Below, in pieces: positions 57,381-64,000 of a stretch of 64,000 nt of DNA; the first letter of the stretch is position 1, and every line of letters begins with the position of its first letter. Made by a program: the position numbers and the translations under genes. The notes below the pieces were generated by a model, which ran no database searches, was not told the DNA's origin, and worked only from the letters and a program-made list of their open reading frames with translations. Source of the stretch: Chrysomallon squamiferum (lineage: Eukaryota > Animalia > Mollusca); contig CM022667.1 in the NCBI GenBank assembly GCA_012295275.1, positions 22,072,001 to 22,136,000 of the forward strand, written 5' to 3'.

Positions 57381-58078
57381 TTTAATGAAAATTAATGTTG
57401 TTCCAATTGCATTGATCCCAGTCATGCATATCCAGGTCGCGTGGCTGTTTTATGCACTACACACAGACGAGCAGCTTGCACAATATATGCCACGGTCAGA
57501 GCGCCAGACAAATTAAAGGGGTGCCGGAGCCACTGCATAGGTTGTCCAAACAAAGGCGTTTAGTGCATTCCGCACAATACACAACTATCACTGCACGACT
57601 GCAAATTTCTTACTGAAAAAACCCCAAGAAATAATAAAGAAAAAAGAAGCAACATCTAATCATTAATATTGACGCTGACTACACCTGACCTTATCAGAGA
57701 CGAAATATATGGGGGGTTTTTTGTTTGTATTTTTTTTTTGGGGGGGGCAATATTTATCGACAGGTTGGTGACAAAACGCAAACCATGAATGTGTCATTTT
57801 CTTCTCCACTCGTTTCCTTTTTTCCTTCCTTTAACTATGCTTTTTATGAACTGAACAGATAATTTATGATATAAGAATAAACATTTACTTCAGCTTCGTA
57901 TGGTAATAAATAATATAACACGTTTCGAATTTTAATACAAATAATATCATAATCATTGTCTCCCAGACAAAAAAAATAAACCGTCTGCTTTACCCTGCCG
58001 ATGTAAAAATGTTATGGAATACTGAAATCGTTTAACTGGAAGTATTTAAGTAAAATAATCTAACTGCATGTTACTTAC

Positions 58079-58175
58079 ATGTCTGGGTTCTTTTACTTTG
58101 AGATTCACTTAGAAGTAAAGAAAATATCCAAAAGAAACTCGCAGATTGTAAAATCCAGTCATGGCTGTGCGCCAT
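58079..58175 (-). CDS. Exon 1 (97 nt): start codon and signal-peptide-like segment MAHSHDWILQSASFFWIFSLLLSESQSKRTQT
   Basis: ATG in a good Kozak context (ATC-ATG-G); hydrophobic FFWIFSLLL core followed by SES/SQS; GTAAGT donor; phase 1 matches exon 2 (T+AT = Tyr); lies in the CpG-retaining promoter zone. Confidence 0.8.
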
Positions 58176-58330
58176 GATGGGTTACTATTCAACAAACCAC
58201 TTCCGGTAAGACCAGCGCCCTCTGTAAACAAGAAGGTCACGTGCAGGTGTCCGATATCGCACCAGAGAAGACTATCGAGTCGACAGTGATTAATGGTATT
58301 CTGCAGTTAAACATATTTCGCAAATCGATG
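58176..58330 (-). promoter_or_regulatory. Probable 5'UTR and proximal promoter of the CUB-LDLa gene
   Basis: CpG-retaining segment just upstream of the ATG with an ETS-type CCGGAAGTG (58198-58206, minus strand), a Fox-type GTAAACAA (58224-58231), an E-box GGTCACGTG (58235-58243) and CAGGTG (58244-58249). These are motif matches only. Confidence 0.6.
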
Positions 58331-58849
58331 AAAGACGTATGTTTTATAAACACGCATATCCTTAAGAAGTTTCATCTTTTTAACCGTTAGCTCGAAACAT
58401 TAATTTCCAGAAACTAAACGAAAAAATATATATATACATATATATTTTTAAGGTTATTTCAAAATTATAAGTAAATAATTTAATAAAATCCAGCCGACTT
58501 ATTGATATTTGTCAGTTTAATGATTAATGAGTTTTTCTTTAATCTGTTCTTTCTCTCGGTCTCACTCTGGTTCTGTTTTCTTCAGAAAAAAAAAAAAAAA
58601 AAAAATGAGGTAAAATATCAAACACCCAATAGATATACCAGTATGTTTAGCCCACAACAAGTACCGTGAAATGTTTTCAGTGATTCGTCTGTCAATCAAC
58701 AAAATAATATACATGCATGCGTTATTAATTTGATTGACATATATCTATAGCCAACCGAAACGTATCTTGTTATACTATACCCAAGCGTAGGCGGGGCTTC
58801 ACTGTAAGTATTTTTAGTAATGTAGTAATACTTGAAATTAATAATTACT

Positions 58850-58852
58850 ACA

Positions 58853-58883
<31 letters not shown>

Positions 58884-59146
58884 TTCTCTCTCTTTTTAAA
58901 GAATGTTTCCAGTTCAGCACTTAAACGTTTTCTAATCACTTTTAAGTTTTGTGGATAAAGAATAATTTTTTTATTCTTATTTATTTTTTATTTCTTTGTC
59001 TTTTTATTATTATTTATGTATTTAAATTTACACACACACACACACACATTCACACACATATATTACTAATTTTTTTTTTTCTTTTTTTTATTCCTTTTAT
59101 ATTCACTAATTCTTTTGTTTCTTCTTTCTTCTTCTTCTTCTTCTTC

Positions 59147-59190
<44 letters not shown>

Positions 59191-59450
59191 TTACTGCTAT
59201 ATTTACGGCTATTTATTTACACAAACTTTTACTTTGTGTTCGATGTTAGACATTTTCCTAGTCTTGGATTCAAAAGACTTGCACTGACAAAGATAGACAG
59301 CAAATGCAAGACAGTTTACGCATACTTTCCAGAGAATAGAAAACTTGATCCTATGGCTTTATGATAATCTTAAGTGAACCTTAAGAATTCGAAAAGTGAT
59401 TTATTATAAGCTAAGTATAATTGTTATTATTTTCATGTTATACGATGTAC

Positions 59451-59489
<39 letters not shown>

Positions 59490-61172
59490 TGTTGTTATCA
59501 TTATTATTGTTGTTGTTGTTGTTGTTGTGTTATTTTCAGATTTTAATTTATGTTTTGCCTATACTGAAAATTCTTAAGATTATTTGAATTTAACTAATCC
59601 AGAAGCCGTACATCCCACACAAATTCTCTTTTTCGCTCTTTCTCTCTTACTAAGCACAAGCTCGCACGCAAACACACACAAACACTCCATTCCACCTAAA
59701 CTGAATAAATTATTAAAAAAATGTTTTCAAAATGTTTCATTTAGTTTTTCTACTCAGTAAAAAGAGGAAAATTCAGATAAATTTTAATTTGTTTTATTTA
59801 TATATTTATCATCATCATCATCATTGTTATGATATTTTTATTATTGTTGTTATGATGGTGTTTCCTCAAATAATATTATTTATATTTTGCCATCAAGAAA
59901 CCGCTGAATGATACGTAAATATTTTTATCTTTTTAATATATATACAACAGCAACTAGCTAACGAATAAAAATAATAATGATAAAAATAATATAATTCTGA
60001 TAAAATAATATATGGTTAGGAATATTGGTATCAACAAAGCTAAATTAATTAAATGTATTTCGTATGTACTAAATATTTACTTAAGTTCCATAAACTTTAT
60101 ATATTTACATACTTTAAGGAATACTATTATAATAATAATGATTATTATTATAGTTATTATTATCAGTAGTAATAATTGTAGTAGTAGTTGAAGGAGTACT
60201 AGTAGTAGTAATAGCAGTAGCAGTAGTATCATCATCATCATTATTAAAAAATTAAACATTTTACGTAGTTTATAATTATTCTGATAGCGGAAAAAAAAAA
60301 AATAATAATAATAACATAAGCAATAAATTAGTTTGAGTTAGAAAATAAAATATGTCATTTTTTTAATATTATTTCCAAATAATAAGTAAATAATAAATAA
60401 AATCCAACCGCTTTATTAATCTGTGTTAGTTAAAAATAAAAACTTTAGATATTACTACTATTACTATTACTATAAAACTACTAACAGTACTTCTTTTCCT
60501 CTGTTATTTATTTATCTATTTACACAAGCATGACTATTATAAAGTTCTTGAGCAATTTGAAACTGATGAAAGAAATGATGTGAAAAAAGGATAAGGGAAA
60601 CTAATTTCTGGATTTTTAAATATATTTATTGCTGAAATTCTTAATTTTCAACAAGACCACCATTATGGATACAAATCTTGATATGATTCTTGCATAGATC
60701 AGAAATTTTAAAAATTTATAGGAATACCTTGTGCTTCGATACCTGTTAATTAAAATAAGATCGAATTATATATATGTTATTTTGACCGTATTGTACAAAA
60801 GAAAACTCTTAGTAACACATTTAGCTATGTCAGTCATTCATAATATTCACTGTTCAAAATAAAAATGAAGAGTCACTATTTATAATTTTATTTTACGTTT
60901 ATTTTATCAAATGTGACGGATGTATTGTTCTCAGAAAGGTAGTAAGAAAGTGCAGTGGCACTGAAATTTGATTTTTTTTTTTTATATTATATCATGAAAC
61001 TTTAGTAGGAATCGTTAAAACAAAATAACAAATAAAGTTTACGTAATAATTTCCTAAGCAGTTTAAATAGCCTAATTTAAAAATATTAATACATCGTGTC
61101 ATCTCGTTTTCTTTATTTTTGCTATCTCATGTGAAAAAAAAATAAAATAAAATAAAATAAAATAAAATAAAA

Positions 61173-61212
<40 letters not shown>

Positions 61213-61419
61213 AATAATATAAAAAGAAAAAGAAAAGAAAAAGACCCATTTTCACATAATTTTCTTCGTATCTTCCAAGTAAGCAATTGAAAACCAAAAT
61301 AAATAGATATAAATTATTTTGTAACAAGCACAGGTTCCAGTTCCTGCTGGTACTGACTCAAACATAGAAGTTTAAATTTATTAAGGAGGAAGGACTATAA
61401 AAACGACTAAAAAAGTGTG

Positions 61420-61501
<82 letters not shown>

Positions 61502-61644
61502 TTTTTTTTTTTCATAATTTTATTTTTTATATATATTTTTTTGTTCGTTTGACTAAGATTGATAATCCCGACTTTGTTTAACGTAAAACCCGGTTATCTA
61601 TGAAACTGTATTTGCATACTAACTATGGATATTTTATTATTTTA

Positions 61645-61686
<42 letters not shown>

Positions 61687-61717
61687 ACACTAACAAACAA
61701 ATATACATGTTATCTAG

Positions 61718-61756
<39 letters not shown>

Positions 61757-62894
61757 GAAATAGAGACAAGATAAAATAACGACAAAATATTAAATATATA
61801 TGTATTAATAATTATAATCAGTAAATAAACTGCCGGTATATGCCACTAATTAAAGTTCTATTTGACCATTCGTAATATCCTTTTACAGAAAATTACACGA
61901 TGACGAAATTTTAAAATGCATTTCTTAAATTTAATATAGTACTAGTTAGCGGCCAACACATGGCGAGTTTTGTGTGACAAACTAACACAGCATTAAAATC
62001 AGTCCACGTTACTATACTATTAGTTGATGTTATATAAAATACTAATAAACTTAAACAGAAATTAATAATGTGAGTTTATGAATTGCTTCTACAAGTGTTA
62101 CTTTGATTGCCATTGCTATTTAATTTTATTTATTGCTGCTGTCACTTAATAGGAAATCTTTACTATAAAAACTGAATGTTAAACTTTGCTTCTTCTACTA
62201 CTACCACTACTATTATTATTATTATTACTACTATTACTACTGCTACTACTCCTACTACTATTTTTTGCAGTTTCTGCTGCTGCTATTGCTACTACTATTA
62301 CTACTACTACTATCATTATCTACTATACCATTACTGCTATTACTGCAACTACTCTTACTGCTGCGAGTAATACACTATTGCTATAACAACAATATCAACT
62401 ATTACTACCAATACCACTACTAATACTAATACTATTATTACAGTATTTCTACTTTTATTTATTACTACCAACATTGCTGCTGTTGCTGATATTAAATTAT
62501 TAAATACAAAATTACAGAAAGTTATTTTCATCAATATTATATTCCTTCCAAAATATCGTACTGAAAACAATACAAACCCGATTTCTTTAGGTTTCATCTA
62601 TATTCACGTATTGCTCACTAATCTATTTCCCTTTATACACTCAGTTGTTCATTGTTCGAGTTTCAAAATAAAGTAGTAGTTCTACTAAATTTCATGTTTG
62701 AATTGGATTATAGTGGATTTAATACCGCTAAACGGCTCTAATGCAAACCGTTAGTATATCCTTTTAAACGTTACACTTTATGTTTAAAATATGTAGACGA
62801 GCAGAACACACCTTTATTTTATTACCATTTTTTAAAATTATTATTATTATTGGGGGTCATTATTTTTTTCTTCATGCAGATTTTAATATTTATC

Positions 62895-62944
<50 letters not shown>

Positions 62945-63109
62945 ATGCTCATGATCATTACTTTTGTTTTTGCTGTTTTTCTCATCTTTCTCGATGTTGT
63001 TGTTCTGCTTCCTCATTTTATTTTACATATTAATTTACGGAAACGTTTAAATAGCGGATGCATTTATTTCTGTTATATTCCCACAGTGATATCCTAAATC
63101 ACAGACAAA

Positions 63110-63186
<77 letters not shown>
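58850..63186. repeat. Dense microsatellite field upstream of the gene: (TA)n, (CA)n, (TTC)n(ATT)n, (AAAAT)n(AAAT)n, degenerate (ACT/ATT/GCT)n at ~62190-62480, (CA)n(GA)n at ~63111-63186
   Basis: Direct reading of many simple-repeat tracts. Confidence 0.85.
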
Positions 63187-63187
<1 letters not shown>

Positions 63188-63706
63188 CTGTGTCGAACAA
63201 TTATTGAAGTGTCAAACTATGTGAAAGGGTGGACACGATATCACGTCAATTAGTTCTCACAGTAGAGTCTGCCAAGGATGCACAAATGTCGACAATATAG
63301 ACCAAATCCTTATATAATTTATACCATTGTCAGTAACAACCACACCTGTTAGCGAACTTGGTTCTGTACAGTACTGAACAAAGCGAACAATTACACGCCA
63401 GTGTAATCAGTGTCTGCTGGAAATTATGATAATAACAAGTGGAAAATGTATTCAGCTGAACAGTAATGTTACCTGCCAAGTAACAACATGTGTGTCATTC
63501 TTGCATCGAGAAATGTTCCAGCACTCACGAGAACGATGATCACCAGATATTACGTAATTGTAAAGTATGATACGCCGAAACAGTGAAGTGCGTTTGATTT
63601 TAGATTCGATATGAAAAAATGTGTGGCTTTTGCAACCTTACGAGTTTCTTCTTCGAACTTGTCTTGTTGTAGTTGTTGTTTTTGGTTTTTTTTTTTTAAA
63701 TTATCA

Positions 63707-63749
<43 letters not shown>

Positions 63750-63770
63750 GTCAAGAACTGGTGTAAATAC

Positions 63771-63870
63771 GAACGGGTGTTGTCCTCTCCAGACCGGAAC
63801 TACTCTTTCAAGCCGCGTGGCGTTCAGTCACTCGCCGCGTGTCGAATCGCCACAGTTGTGTATCGTCAAT
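63771..63870. promoter_or_regulatory. Short CpG/GC-rich island, possibly a regulatory element or the promoter of a neighbouring gene
   Basis: Many CpGs (GCCGCGTGGCG, CTCGCCGCGTGTCGAATCGC) and an ACCGGAA motif within AT-rich DNA. Confidence 0.3.
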
Positions 63871-64000
63871 TTTCTTCATGTTTTGAATTTTAAAATGTTT
63901 ATGCCTAATTATTTACATATTTAGATGCCTTAGTAGCAGAAAACCGGAAAATCCAGAAATCTGGAATGCCTCATGCCTCAAGGAGTCCGGATAATTGGTT

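Larger units (their letters stand above)
15648..58175 (-). other. Multi-exon gene (3'-incomplete) for a secreted or cell-surface CUB + LDLa domain protein; 5 coding exons, 652 nt CDS
   Basis: Manual splicing gives an open frame across GT-AG junctions of phase 1,0,2,1: MAHSHDWILQSASFFWIFSLLLSESQSKRTQTY-FMQNPDCADRK...CTMTF...ICNDALYFFD...RAM-EEAGGNAGLCGNILPPTLYSTGEFLTVHFR-SDKGGPTGRGFKFIITAFSE-DFKKFKECGSSFQCQNNYCIDKDLVCDEVDHCGDYSDEA...C. Introns are 10288, 2596, 14272 and 14720 bp. Confidence 0.93.

Noticed and set aside
58949-63893. Poly-Leu/Ile/Tyr/Thr ORFs (e.g. 58949..59287, 59396..59587, 62186..62386, 62780..63097)
   Set aside because: They are translations of (ATT)n, (ACT)n and (TTC)n microsatellites, not signal peptides or membrane proteins.
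63930-64000. CCGGAAAATCCAGAAATCTGGAA...TCCGGATAAT resembling a Tigger-type MITE end
   Set aside because: Truncated by the window edge, so the other end and the TSD cannot be verified.
1-64000. tRNA, rRNA, snoRNA or miRNA genes and intact transposase or reverse-transcriptase ORFs
   Set aside because: None recognised by eye; an Infernal/Rfam and tRNAscan-SE search would be needed to exclude small intronic RNAs.

Overview
AT-rich (roughly 30% GC by eye), microsatellite-rich animal genomic DNA, probably from an invertebrate such as a mollusc (taxon is inference). It is not prokaryotic, and almost all ORFs in the supplied track are chance or low-complexity ORFs. Most of the window is one minus-strand gene. 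Five coding exons could be assembled by hand with canonical GT-AG sites and matching intron phases (58175-58079, 47790-47540, 44943-44855, 30582-30521, 15800-15648). They encode a signal-peptide-like N-terminus, a complete CUB domain and an LDL-receptor class A repeat (217 codons; the 3' end was not found). The gene body is strongly CpG-depleted, while the promoter and upstream region are not. The most striking structure is a 1.6-1.8 kb non-autonomous DNA transposon present three times, each copy with its own target-site duplication (TSD). It is a MULE-like shell carrying a nested pogo/Tigger-derived MITE and a microsatellite. Two copies form a ~3.5 kb hairpin in intron 4. The third lies across the in-frame-skippable LDLa exon, inverted relative to one hairpin arm, which is a competing RNA-pairing layout of the kind known to control exon skipping, circRNA formation and A-to-I editing. 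The window also holds a Mutator transposase remnant, small MITEs, tandem duplications and candidate recursive or alternative splice sites.
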